Assembly (NCBI GenBank): GCA_963792585.1
Contig: CAWBWI010000006.1
Span: forward strand, 224,001-288,000
Direction of reading: 5' to 3'
Length of the DNA stretch: 64,000 nt
Source of the DNA: Candidatus Eiseniibacteriota bacterium
Lineage (GTDB): Bacteria; Eisenbacteria; RBG-16-71-46; CAIMUX01; VGJL01
The notes under the pieces are model-generated. The model was not told where the DNA came from. It did not search any database and saw only the letters and a program-made list of their open reading frames with translations. Made by a program: the position numbers and the translations under genes. This document shows, piece after piece, positions 1 to 9,162 of this stretch (position 1 is its first letter; every line of letters starts with the position of its first letter).

Positions 1-11
1 GCGATGTTCAT
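1..11 (-). CDS. 5' fragment of probable RND efflux permease (runs off the window)
   Basis: ATG at 11 overlaps the MFP stop (ATGA) and reads M-N-I-A, like AcrB/MdtB-family N-termini; expected position after the MFP gene. Only 3 full codons are visible. Confidence 0.5.
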
Positions 12-1147
12 CGGGTCGGAGCCTGCGAGGCGGCGCCAGGCCCCTTGATGCTGACCTTCGCCCCGGGGGTCAACCGGAGCTGTCCGTCGGTGACGACGCG
101 CTCTCCGGCATCCAGGCCGCTTTCGATCACGATCCGGTGGTCGAGCGAGGGGCCGGTCTTCACCGGGCGCATCTCGACCGCCATGTCCGGCTTGATCACG
201 TAGACGAATTCTCCCTGCTGCCCCGTCTGGACGGCCGTCGAGGGCGCAACGACTACCCCCCTCCGGACGGTGAGGGCGAGCGAAACGTTGACGAACTGGC
301 CCGGCCAGAGGGCCCGGTCCTCGTTCGGGAAAACCGCCTTGAGCAGAATCGTCCCCGTCGCCTCATCGACCGCGTTGTCCACGAACGTGAGATCTCCTAC
401 CGCCACGAGGCCGGAATCGGAAGGACTCACCGCCCGAACTTCAAGCGGACCCTCCGCCATGTACCGCCGGATCAAGCCGAGCTGCTGCTCGGGCACCGAG
501 AAGGCGACCTGGATCGGCGCGAGCTGGTTGATCACGACGAGGGGAACGTCGTTTGCCTTCACGAGATTCCCCTCATGGATCAAGAGGTCTCCAATCCGCC
601 CGGCAATCGGCGCGGTGATCGTGCAGTATTCGACGTCGAGCCGCGCGGCGGCCACGGCGGCCGAATCCCCCGCAACCGTTGCGGCGAGCGCCGCGGCGTT
701 GGCCCGCACGTTGTCGAAGTCCTGCTTCGTCACATAGTCCTTCGCGATCAGTTCCGCGGTGCGCTCCACCTCGGCGCGCGCACTCGTGGCGCGGGCGCCG
801 TCGCGGGCCAGGGCGGCCTCCGCCGACTGGAGCGCGGTGAGATAGGGGCGCGCATCGATCTTGAAGAGCAGCTCCCCTGGGCGGACGTCCTGGCCCTGCG
901 TGACCGCCACGCGGGTCAGTTGCCCGCCGATTCGGGCGCGCACGGAGACCGTCTTGCTCGGTTCGACGGTTCCGATCGCGCGCACCGTCACCGGCACATC
1001 CTCGCGGCTGGTGTTTGCGGCGGTCACGGCGACCGGCGGCGGGCCCGTGGCTCCCTTCGCCTTCGGGTCATCCTGCGAGCATCCGCATGCGAGCGCCAGG
1101 ACGAGGCATCCCATGGAGATGATGAATCGTTTGCGGTCGAAGATCAT
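8..1147 (-). CDS. RND efflux periplasmic adaptor (MFP, MdtA-like), probable lipoprotein
   Basis: GTVEP..VSVRARIGGQL, GELLFKIDARPY, ITAPIAGRIG, GDLTFVDNAVDEATGTI, LWPGQFV motifs; N-terminal LALACGC lipobox. Confidence 0.93.
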   Translation of the reverse strand: MIFDRKRFIISMGCLVLALACGCSQDDPKAKGATGPPPVAVTAANTSREDVPVTVRAIGTVEPSKTVSVRARIGGQLTRVAVTQGQDVRPGELLFKIDARPYLTALQSAEAALARDGARATSARAEVERTAELIAKDYVTKQDFDNVRANAAALAATVAGDSAAVAAARLDVEYCTITAPIAGRIGDLLIHEGNLVKANDVPLVVINQLAPIQVAFSVPEQQLGLIRRYMAEGPLEVRAVSPSDSGLVAVGDLTFVDNAVDEATGTILLKAVFPNEDRALWPGQFVNVSLALTVRRGVVVAPSTAVQTGQQGEFVYVIKPDMAVEMRPVKTGPSLDHRIVIESGLDAGERVVTDGQLRLTPGAKVSIKGPGAASQAPTR

Positions 1148-2586
1148 TGCGTCCCTTTCGTGTCGTCGAGACCCAGGGTGCCCGTGTCGTGAGCCAGCCG
1201 GGCGACTGCGATGAACCAGTCCCCCCGCGCCTGGACGCGCTGCGCCCGCGCGCGGTCGAGCGCCGCCTGTGCGGAGAGAAGATCGAGGAAACTGCCGACG
1301 CCCGCCTTGTAGCGCCCGAGGGCGACTTCCTGCGATTCCGTCGCGCTCTTGAGCAGGTCGTCGCTCGTCAACAGGCGCTGCTCGGCCGTCTTCAGGTCGT
1401 AGTAGCTCGTCCAGACCTGAAGGACCACCGTCTGCTCTGCGTTCTGGAGCCGCGCCGCCGCGAGGTCGGCCTCGGCACGGGCCTGCCGAACGTCATAGAG
1501 GTGGGAGAATCCCGTGAAGATTGGAACGCGCAGGCGAACCGAGGCGCCGTAGACATCGTCGAAGATCTCGGGGTTGTCGTCGTAGGTGCGGCCGATGGTC
1601 CCGCTGGCCGTGATCGCCGGGTAGCCCTCCGCCTTCACCTTTCGCAGGTGTGCGTGGGATTGAGCGGCCTGCGCGCGCGCGGCCGCGAGGTCGGGCCGCC
1701 GTCCCTGCGCGGTCGCCAGGAGATCCTCGACCGCCTCGGAGGTCTGCGTGATCGGCGGATCCTCGTGCGGGAGGTCGATGTCGAAGTCGACGTTGGCAGG
1801 CAGCCCCATCGACGTGGCGAGGGCGCCGCGCGTGACGGCGATCGCCCCCTGCGTCGTCTCGAGGTTCAGTTGAGCTTGCGACAGGGCGGTTCGGGCTTGC
1901 AGGACGTCGGCGATCGTTCCGAGACCCGCATCGTGCCGCGTGCGGGCGGCATCGAGGTTCGCCTGCGCCTCCTTGACGGTCGATTCCTGGGAGATGAGGA
2001 GGGTCTTCGCGGTGAAGTAGTCGTAGTACGCCTGCTCGACCTGGAGGATTACTCCCTGGATGGCGGCGTTGTGCTGCCAGTTCGCGGCATAGAGGGCCTG
2101 CCGCGTCTCGTCGACACCGGCTTTGCGCCCCCCGAAGTTGAACAGGAGGTAGCTCAGGTCGGCGGTCGGACCGTAGGTCCGCTGGAGCGTTGTTCCTTCT
2201 CCGCCCTGCTTCCCGATCTGCTGCCGGGTGTAGAAACCTCCCGCGCCGATCTCGGGAAGATATTCGCCACGCCGACTGCCATACGCGGCGGCGGCGGCCC
2301 GGGCCGCGGCCCAGGCGGCGCGGGTCTGCGAGCTGTTCCGCAGCGCGACGTCGACGATCGCCGTCAATGTCAGGCTATCGGCCGACGCGCGCAGCGCTTC
2401 AGGGATGGCCGGCGCGGGCGCGGTGGACGTCAGGCCGCTGGGCGCGAACGCGCCTCGGGGCGGCGTCCAGGGGCGCTCCGGCGCGGGCGAGGCGCCCGAC
2501 ATCCCGCCCACGTGGGGCGGATTGTGTGCGCAGGCGACGAGGGAGAGGATGCCGATGAAGAATGCGGAGGACGCAACGCGCCTCAT
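1144..2586 (-). CDS. TolC-family outer membrane efflux lipoprotein
   Basis: LVAC lipobox, two OEP repeats (RPDLAAA; YKAGVGSFLDLLSAQ); ATGA coupling to MFP and TetR. Confidence 0.92.
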   Translation of the reverse strand: MRRVASSAFFIGILSLVACAHNPPHVGGMSGASPAPERPWTPPRGAFAPSGLTSTAPAPAIPEALRASADSLTLTAIVDVALRNSSQTRAAWAAARAAAAAYGSRRGEYLPEIGAGGFYTRQQIGKQGGEGTTLQRTYGPTADLSYLLFNFGGRKAGVDETRQALYAANWQHNAAIQGVILQVEQAYYDYFTAKTLLISQESTVKEAQANLDAARTRHDAGLGTIADVLQARTALSQAQLNLETTQGAIAVTRGALATSMGLPANVDFDIDLPHEDPPITQTSEAVEDLLATAQGRRPDLAAARAQAAQSHAHLRKVKAEGYPAITASGTIGRTYDDNPEIFDDVYGASVRLRVPIFTGFSHLYDVRQARAEADLAAARLQNAEQTVVLQVWTSYYDLKTAEQRLLTSDDLLKSATESQEVALGRYKAGVGSFLDLLSAQAALDRARAQRVQARGDWFIAVARLAHDTGTLGLDDTKGTQ

Positions 2587-3209
2587 GCCCTGCCCTCTGC
2601 CGGCGCCGCAATCCCGTGCAGGAGGAGATCCAGCAGCGCTCTGGCGTCCGCCTCTACGGGATCGGGCGATTCGTTCATCAAACGCTGCCGGTTCAGCGAG
2701 ATGACGGAGTCCATGAACATGATCGCCACTTTGGTCTCATCGAGCGGCTTGAAGACTCCCTCCTGGACGCCGGCGCGCAAGACCGCCGCGATCCGATCGA
2801 GATGCTGGCGGAAACTGTCCCGCGCGCGACGCTGCTTCATGTCGGCCAGCGTCGTCTGCCGCTCCCAGAGCAGAACGCGGAAGAAGCCGCGGTTCCTGTC
2901 GAAGTAGACGAGATAGAGCAGTGCAAGGCGACGGAGTTTCTCTGCAGGCGAAAGATCCCCCTCGAGAAGGGCGCGGGCTTGCTCGCGCAGCGGCTCGAGG
3001 CTCGCCTCCTTCACCCACTCGAGGAGTTGCTGCTTGCTGCGGAAGTACCCGTAGAGGGTCGCCTTTGCCATGCCCGCCTCGGCGGCGACGCGCTCCATCG
3101 TCAGTCCCGACGCCCCTTCGGCCGACAGGATGTGGATCACGGCGTCCCGGACTTCATCTCGGGTCAGATTCGCCCACTGAACCCGGCGGCTCTTTCGATT
3201 TGCGCTCAT
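2583..3209 (-). CDS. TetR/AcrR family transcriptional regulator
   Basis: TMERVAAEAGMAKATLYGYFRSKQQL HTH signature; first gene of the efflux operon. Confidence 0.95.
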   Translation of the reverse strand: MSANRKSRRVQWANLTRDEVRDAVIHILSAEGASGLTMERVAAEAGMAKATLYGYFRSKQQLLEWVKEASLEPLREQARALLEGDLSPAEKLRRLALLYLVYFDRNRGFFRVLLWERQTTLADMKQRRARDSFRQHLDRIAAVLRAGVQEGVFKPLDETKVAIMFMDSVISLNRQRLMNESPDPVEADARALLDLLLHGIAAPAEGRA

Positions 3210-3242
3210 CGGTCACCCTTTCGGAATTCCCGAGTGTCTTCT

Positions 3243-3296
3243 CGACGTGTGGGTCGGATTCTCGACCCCACAGTCGGATTCTAGACCATCAGGTCT
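3243..3296. promoter_or_regulatory. Putative TetR operator array (3 x GAC-N6-GTC, 20-bp period) overlapping a minus-strand -10 (TAGAAT)
   Basis: GAC at 3244/3264/3284 and GTC at 3253/3273/3293; direct repeat GTCGGATTCT[C/A]GACC at 3253 and 3273; attcta at 3278-3283. Confidence 0.6.
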
Positions 3297-3596
3297 CCTT
3301 GGACCGAGTGAGAACCACCTGTTCGCCCCGTAGTTCCCGGTGAAGCAGAGGAACCATGGGGCGACCGTCGAATCGTCATCCCTGTCCGCGGGACCCAAGC
3401 GCCTGCCCCCGTGCCGACGGCAACGAGTGGGCAAGCGCAGCGCGCGCCCCCCTGCGAGGGACCACATAACTTCAGTCATATGAATATGTTAGAGGTCAAC
3501 AATTTCCGGATCGACTCTCACCCACGCGCGGTCGATGAGTTACACGGAAGTACGACCGGCCCAGCAGACATCCCCCGGTCGGGAAAGGGCGCCACC

Positions 3597-4712
3597 ATGG
3601 CCACCGAACGTGCCGTATTCCTCGAGGTCATCGAATGGTTCGACGCTACCGGACGGGAGATTGTCCACCGGATCCCCGAGCACGGCTCGGGCGAGATCAA
3701 GTACGGAGCGCAGTTGACGGTCCGCGAAAGCCAGGCCGCGGTCCTCTTCTATCAGGGCAAGGCGTACGATGCGTTCGCTCCGGGACGGCACACGCTGAAG
3801 ACGGCGAACATCCCGATCCTGACCAAGATCGCGAGCATCCCCTGGGGGATGACAAGCCCGCTGCGGGCCGAGGTCGTCTTCGCGAATATGAAGGTCTTCA
3901 CCAACATGAAGTGGGGCACGCGCGATCCGGTCGCCTTCAGCGACTCGACTCTCGGTCTCGTGCGGCTGCGCGCGCACGGCGTCTTCAACCTCCGCGTCGT
4001 GCAGCCGGTCCTCTTCATCAATAGCCTCGTCGGGACCCAGGGGTCCTTCACGACGGATGATGTCGAGGAGTACCTGAACCGCGTCATCGTTTCGCGATTC
4101 AACGACCACCTTGGAGAACACCTCGCATCGCTGATCGACCTGCCGGGCCATTACGACGAGCTTTCAGAAAGCCTCTCCAAGCGCCTCTCGGAGGATTTCT
4201 CCCGCTTCGGGATGCAACTCACGGAGCTCTACATCAACTCGATCACTCCACCCGCGGAGGTGCAGCAGGCGATCGACGACAAGAGCCGCCTCGGCGTCTT
4301 CGACGATCTCGGCAAGCTGACCCGCATGAAGGCCGCCATGGCCATGGAGAAGGCCGCGGAATCGCAGGGCGAAGCGGGCGCCGGGATCGGGATGGGATTG
4401 GGGATCATGATGCCCGCGATGTTCGCCGACGCGCTCAGGGGCCGCGGTGAACCGGAACCGACCACGACCTGCGCGAAGTGCGACCATCCCGCCCCGCGTG
4501 ATGCCCGATTCTGCCCGAGTTGCGGTCACCAGCAACTGGTCTTCGCGAAGTGCGCGTCGTGCGCCAAGGATCTGCCGCCAGGGGCGTCGTTCTGCCCGAA
4601 GTGCGGGAAGTCGGCTTCGACACAGCCGGCCCCCAAGATCTGCGCGCACTGCGGCGCGGAGGAGCTGCCGGATGCAGTTTTCTGCAACAAGTGCGGGGAG
4701 AGGCTCGACTAG
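3597..4712 (+). CDS. SPFH/band-7-like domain protein with C-terminal double zinc ribbons (YdjI-like)
   Basis: GAQLTVRESQAAVL, TLKTANIPIL, KWGTRDP motifs; six CxxC pairs at the C-terminus; start moved to ATG 3597 behind GAAAGGG. Confidence 0.88.
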   Translation: MATERAVFLEVIEWFDATGREIVHRIPEHGSGEIKYGAQLTVRESQAAVLFYQGKAYDAFAPGRHTLKTANIPILTKIASIPWGMTSPLRAEVVFANMKVFTNMKWGTRDPVAFSDSTLGLVRLRAHGVFNLRVVQPVLFINSLVGTQGSFTTDDVEEYLNRVIVSRFNDHLGEHLASLIDLPGHYDELSESLSKRLSEDFSRFGMQLTELYINSITPPAEVQQAIDDKSRLGVFDDLGKLTRMKAAMAMEKAAESQGEAGAGIGMGLGIMMPAMFADALRGRGEPEPTTTCAKCDHPAPRDARFCPSCGHQQLVFAKCASCAKDLPPGASFCPKCGKSASTQPAPKICAHCGAEELPDAVFCNKCGERLD

Positions 4713-5943
4713 TCCCTCCTGGGCGATCGAGCAGCAATGTCCACAGTGCGGGGCGCCGGTCTGTCTCGATGAGACCGACCGGCTGCTCGTCTGCGACTAC
4801 TGCCGCGTCCGCTTGATCCTGGTCCCGCCACCGACCGTCCGTACCTTCCTCCCGCCGCGGAATGCGTCGCCCGACGGGCTGGTCTTCATTCCCTACTGGA
4901 GGATGAAGGGTCAAACGTGGTCGTTCGGCGCGGCCGGCATGCGCTCCTCGATCGTCGACATGACCCAGCGCGCGGCGACGTGCGCGGGCATGCCGCCTTC
5001 CCTCGGTGTCCGGCCGCAGGCGATGAAGCTGCGCTTCGTGACGCCGGAGACGCCGGGCCGCTTTGCGCGCCCCGGCGTTTCCTTCGAGGATGCGGTCGCG
5101 GCGCGGTGGAAGAGCATCGACGACCTCGAAGAAGAACCTCCCTTTCACCGGATCCTGATCGGAGAAACGGCGAGCGTTATCTACCAGCCGGTCCGATTCG
5201 GGAAAGGGCTCGAGGATGCGATCCTCGACCGTTCCCTGGGACCCGCACCCGCTGAGAGGCCGGATCTCGAGTCGCTCCCATCGAGCGGCTCCGAGTCGTC
5301 GATCCGCTTCCTTTCAACCGTCTGCCCAAACTGCGGAAGTGATCTCGTGGGCGAGCGCGACAGCCTGGTCCAGATTTGCAGTGGATGCCGGAGGGCTTGG
5401 ACGGTGGGCGGGGACGCCCTCGTGGAGTGCCCGTGCCGCGTTGTCGCGTCCGCCTTCGCGCCGGACATCCACCTCCCCTTCTGGAGGACGCGCGCGGCCG
5501 TGGACGGGCTCGATCTCCGCACCTTCGAGGACTTGATCCGCCACGCGCAGCTCCCGACGCTCGGTCGCTCATCGGCGCGGCGCAACGCCGCGATCTCCTT
5601 CTGGACGCCGGCGTTCAAGCTCCACCCGGAACACTGGGCGTGCATGGCGCGGACGTTCACACTGCGGCAGCCCGACGTCTGTTTGTCCGCCGAAGCGCCG
5701 AACGGAGACGTCATCCCCGTCACGTTGGCCGCGAAAGGGACGCCGGAGGCGATTCGCGTCGTCATTGCCACGCTGGCGGGAGTGAAGGAAGCGATCCTGC
5801 CCAAGATCGCCCGGATCCACGTCCGTGAAGCGACGTCGGAACTCGTGTACGTCCCGTTTCGCGCGAGCGCACACGAGATCTCCCATCCGGAGATGCTGGT
5901 TGCCCTGAGCCGGAACTTGCTTTCGTTTGGGCGGAACATCTAG
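4672..5943 (+). CDS. Zinc-ribbon protein (two CxxC...CxxC modules), partner of the SPFH gene
   Basis: CPQCGAPV..LVCDYC and CPNCGSDL..ICSGC; FIPYWR / HLPFWR repeats; ATG 4672 has a GGAGGAG SD and overlaps the SPFH 3' end. Confidence 0.75.
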   Translation: MQFSATSAGRGSTSPSWAIEQQCPQCGAPVCLDETDRLLVCDYCRVRLILVPPPTVRTFLPPRNASPDGLVFIPYWRMKGQTWSFGAAGMRSSIVDMTQRAATCAGMPPSLGVRPQAMKLRFVTPETPGRFARPGVSFEDAVAARWKSIDDLEEEPPFHRILIGETASVIYQPVRFGKGLEDAILDRSLGPAPAERPDLESLPSSGSESSIRFLSTVCPNCGSDLVGERDSLVQICSGCRRAWTVGGDALVECPCRVVASAFAPDIHLPFWRTRAAVDGLDLRTFEDLIRHAQLPTLGRSSARRNAAISFWTPAFKLHPEHWACMARTFTLRQPDVCLSAEAPNGDVIPVTLAAKGTPEAIRVVIATLAGVKEAILPKIARIHVREATSELVYVPFRASAHEISHPEMLVALSRNLLSFGRNI

Positions 5944-6099
5944 GCCAACGGCGGGGCTGCACCGAGATGGATGTCGACGGAATCGCCGCAGCCGAGCCGG
6001 GCAACGCTATTTCAATATCGACGGCCGCGGTGCCGCGGTGCCGATGATCGAGGCATCGACGAGACCGGCCACGCCATCGACGCTGCTACGCTTCTCCGC

Positions 6100-6211
6100 C
6101 GCCGGTTGCCCGCTGTGCCCCAGCGCCCGCCGGTGCTCGCTACGCCCCCAGTCCCCGCCGGTCGCCCGCTATGCCCCAGCGCCCGCCAGTGGCCCGCTAT
6201 TCCCCAGCACC
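6100..6211. repeat. Four tandem imperfect 28-bp repeats spanning the HNH stop codon
   Basis: Units start at 6100, 6128, 6156, 6184; consensus cgccggtNgcccgctatgccccagcgcc. Confidence 0.85.
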
Positions 6212-8911
6212 CTCCGGCGCCGCCGCATCGAACGGCCCCTTCACCAGCCTGTTGCCCTTGTAGATCAACAGAGGCGGACCCTCCCGCCGCAGTCCCAGCA
6301 TGAACCGCAGCGCGTAAGGCGCGCGCCCGCCGATCGCCACGTACCCCGCATGGATCCCCCGGTGATGGTGCGTGTGACAGACCACCGAGAGATTCTCCGC
6401 ATCGTTCGTCCCCCCCTGCGATCTGGGCCGGTTGTGGCTCGTCTCCAGATGACTGCGACTCGTGCAACCCGGGATCACACAGCGATAGTGGTCCCGCTTC
6501 AGGATCTTCGAGCGCACCGGACGCCGCTCCGGGTCCTGCTGCTCCCAGATCTCCGTCACCTGCGCGAACAACACCGTCATCGCAGCCCACATCGGGATCC
6601 ACGGCCGCTCCTGTTTCCGATATCGGTTCATTACGTTCGATAAGTCTCCCGCAACCGTCAGCGGCGCCCAGAAACGGATCGTCACCTCCCGCCTCGCAGC
6701 GGCGGACGTTTGCCGGTCCGCATCTCCCGTCGCCGGCACGTCGTCCCACTGCCGCAACGCCAGCAGATGCACCAGCATCTCCAACCGATCCATGAGGATC
6801 GGATTCTCGGCAGGATCGCCGGATCCACCCGGAGGCAGCGGCGGGATCCCGTGCTGGAAGAGCGCGATCTCGATCGATTCCCGGTCCCCTCCCAGGGCCG
6901 CGATCAACGCCTCCTCCACCCGCGCCTGCGGGAACGGTTTGTCCGCCACGCGCCCCAGATCGCATTTCCTCAGCAGCTCCAGCAACCGGGACTCGCGCTG
7001 GAACTGCCGCCAGGTGACCTCCCGCGCCCGCGCGACGAACGGCCGGCGGGAGAACGAGGAGGACAGCCGTCGGATCAGGTGCGCCTGCATGATCGAGATC
7101 TCCCCCGCCCCGAAAGCTCTGGCAATCTCCTCGTCGCTCTCGAAAAGCAGCGACTCGGCCACCCGGTTACGCGCCGAGCGCTCGGAGAGGCGCAGGCGAT
7201 CCTCCACCAGCTCGGCCATCGAGCGGTAGCCGAGCAGGTCCATCGCCTGGGTGCGCCTCAGATCCCGCAGCAGGCGGGCGAAGAGGACCTTCTGCGGGGC
7301 CCGCAGGAGGTGGATCTGCCGGAGCGAAGAGAGCGCATCGTGGGGGGACTTCGGCTCGTGAGGCTCGATCAGATCGGCCACGTCCTTGATGTAGGCCCGC
7401 ACCTGGGTGAGCGTCTCCCGGGCATGGGCGATCGCTTCCTCCCGGTGCGGGACGTTGTCCCGGGGAATGATTGGAATCGACCGCCGCTCGGGATACCGCA
7501 GCGGCTCCTGCTGCGGACCGATCCCCAGCCAGTCGGTCTCCAGCAGCATGGCCTCGAAGCACTCATAGATCGGGGCATCGCGCCCGAGCACCTTGCGCGC
7601 GAGCTCCATCATCTGTTCGAAGACCACCTGGAAGCCCGCGGGTGCCGTGAAGGAGATCGTGCGCCCCTCGGGCTCATCCGGATGTTCCTCCCGGTGGCGG
7701 GCCTGATCGCGTTCGGACTTCTCCTTCAGGACCTGACGGGCCTGGAAGCGCAGCTCGCGCACGGAGAGGCGGGAGGCCGCCGATGCGCAGTCGAAGTCTG
7801 GGTTGAGGTGGGGGTGGGGGTGGGGGCGTGTCCCCTCCGGGGCAGGGCTCGTTGCATCGGTCGCCTCCGCGGCCGTTGCTGCCGCGGCGGTCGCCGGCAT
7901 CGCTGCGGCCGATACAGCCGCCGCCGATGCGGCCGAAGTAGCCTCCGCTGCCGCCACCGCCATGGCGGTCTCCCATTCCGCCAGGAAGGGCGCGACGGCG
8001 AGCGCCTGGCAGGCCGTCATCTTCCCGGCCAGGAACGCGCGCTCCATCGCCGGATGGCGCAGGAAGATGCGGTGCAGCGCGAGGCGCTCGCGCACCGTGC
8101 GCGGGCGGATTCCCACCACCTCGAGGGCGAGGCTGCTCAGGGATGCGAAGCCGCATTGTTCGACCCGATTGCCTTCGGCGAGCCAGGCCAGGAGGGAGGC
8201 CTGGGCGCGCAGGAGTTGCGCTTCGGTCGCCCGCGTGGCGATCGCCAGGGCGAGCGTCTCTTCGGCGAGGAGACCGAGCTCGGTCAGCGGCGTGCCCAGG
8301 CGGCCACGGCGCTCGTCGCGCGGGGTCGAAGCTGCGGAGCTGTTGCTGTCCGCGCGTTGGGACTTCTTGCCGTCCGTGCGTTTGGACTTCTTGGCGCCGC
8401 GCGACCGCTTCTCATCGCGCGATCGCTCGTCGGTCCGGGGCTCCTGCGCATCGCGCGATCTCGGCCCGCCGCTCGATCGCTTGCCCACACGGGATCCCTT
8501 CCTGGTACGAGGTCCCTTGGGGTCACGCACTCGTCCCGCTTCGAGCCGCTCCCTCGCGTCGTTCGATTCCAGCGTGTCGAGCCAGTCCTCCCAGGCACGC
8601 ACCTCTGCCGCTTCGAGAGGGTCGGCCTCGCCACGCGATTCCCTCATATCGAGTCTGTCCTCCCCACCACGCGCCTCGACCGCATCGATGGTGTCATCCC
8701 CACTACGCGACTCTACCGGGTCACGCGAGTCCAACGCGCCGCGCGCCTCTACGGCATCGGAGGGGTCGAACTCGCCACGCGCTTCACCCGCATCGAGCAT
8801 GTCCTCCCGACCACGCACTTCCACCGGGTCACGCGAGTCCATCGCTCCCGCCGACTCCTCCGCGCCGCGCGATTCGTTAGCGCCCGGCGATGTGCTTCCA
8901 TCGATTGACAT
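6197..8911 (-). CDS. Large HNH endonuclease protein with duplicated DUF222-like modules and a low-complexity N-terminus
   Basis: C-terminal RDHYRCVIPGC..SHNRPRSQGGTNDAENLSVVCHTHH HNH motif; two related helical modules (GFASL..AFLAGKMT / GYRSM..AFGAGEIS). Start uncertain. Confidence 0.8.
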   Translation of the reverse strand: MSIDGSTSPGANESRGAEESAGAMDSRDPVEVRGREDMLDAGEARGEFDPSDAVEARGALDSRDPVESRSGDDTIDAVEARGGEDRLDMRESRGEADPLEAAEVRAWEDWLDTLESNDARERLEAGRVRDPKGPRTRKGSRVGKRSSGGPRSRDAQEPRTDERSRDEKRSRGAKKSKRTDGKKSQRADSNSSAASTPRDERRGRLGTPLTELGLLAEETLALAIATRATEAQLLRAQASLLAWLAEGNRVEQCGFASLSSLALEVVGIRPRTVRERLALHRIFLRHPAMERAFLAGKMTACQALAVAPFLAEWETAMAVAAAEATSAASAAAVSAAAMPATAAAATAAEATDATSPAPEGTRPHPHPHLNPDFDCASAASRLSVRELRFQARQVLKEKSERDQARHREEHPDEPEGRTISFTAPAGFQVVFEQMMELARKVLGRDAPIYECFEAMLLETDWLGIGPQQEPLRYPERRSIPIIPRDNVPHREEAIAHARETLTQVRAYIKDVADLIEPHEPKSPHDALSSLRQIHLLRAPQKVLFARLLRDLRRTQAMDLLGYRSMAELVEDRLRLSERSARNRVAESLLFESDEEIARAFGAGEISIMQAHLIRRLSSSFSRRPFVARAREVTWRQFQRESRLLELLRKCDLGRVADKPFPQARVEEALIAALGGDRESIEIALFQHGIPPLPPGGSGDPAENPILMDRLEMLVHLLALRQWDDVPATGDADRQTSAAARREVTIRFWAPLTVAGDLSNVMNRYRKQERPWIPMWAAMTVLFAQVTEIWEQQDPERRPVRSKILKRDHYRCVIPGCTSRSHLETSHNRPRSQGGTNDAENLSVVCHTHHHRGIHAGYVAIGGRAPYALRFMLGLRREGPPLLIYKGNRLVKGPFDAAAPEGAGE
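8561..8848 (-). repeat. Eight tandem 36-bp units encoding a 12-aa G-x2-D-x2-D-x2-E-x-R repeat
   Basis: Units start at 8561, 8597, 8633, 8669, 8705, 8741, 8777, 8813; conserved columns match Asp/Glu/Arg/Gly codons of the HNH ORF. Confidence 0.85.
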
Positions 8912-8925
8912 GGGCTTTGATAAAT

Positions 8926-8954
8926 ACCATACAACTGTACGTTAATGCAAGCAA
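8926..8954 (-). promoter_or_regulatory. Putative sigma70 promoter of the HNH gene (TTGCTT-N17-TATGGT) with an overlapping TACA-N2-TGTA palindrome
   Basis: AT-rich island just upstream of ATG 8911; 17-bp spacing; palindrome at 8930-8939. Confidence 0.45.
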
Positions 8955-9133
8955 GAACGTTCCACGCGCTGCAGATATTTTCGAGAAGAGCGATGGGGGT
9001 GATCGGCTCCCTGCGGTTCCATTCCTCGGAGGCAGGCACGTCGTTGGACCCTTGCGGTCGCCACCCCCGCAAGCGCCCCCCAACTCGTTGCATTGTCGAA
9101 GCTGCGCTGGCAGAGGTCCTCTGTCAAAGTGTC

Positions 9134-9162
9134 GAAGCCCGCAGGGACACCCTGCGGGCTTC
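9134..9162. terminator. Perfect 13-bp hairpin downstream of the porin gene (terminator or REP-like)
   Basis: GAAGCCCGCAGGG-aca-CCCTGCGGGCTTC; no strong U tract. Confidence 0.5.

Noticed and set aside
3465..3505. AT-rich patch upstream of the SPFH gene as a specific operator
   Set aside because: Only weak symmetry; probably ordinary promoter or IHF-like DNA.
6100..6211. 28-bp repeats as a mini-CRISPR
   Set aside because: Units are directly adjacent with no spacers.
7800..7826. (GGGGGT)n tract as a phase-variation or G4 switch
   Set aside because: The hexamer unit keeps the frame (PHPHPH linker); nothing else supports a function.
8561..8848. 36-bp array as a CRISPR or TIGR guide array
   Set aside because: No invariant repeat or unique spacers; conserved columns are codon positions of D/E/R/G in an open frame; no cas or Nop-domain gene in the window.
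6710..8908. 732-aa plus-strand ORF and other long antisense ORFs (e.g. 1147-2907, 17329-19389, 36278-38644)
   Set aside because: Shadow frames of real high-GC genes; no recognisable motifs.
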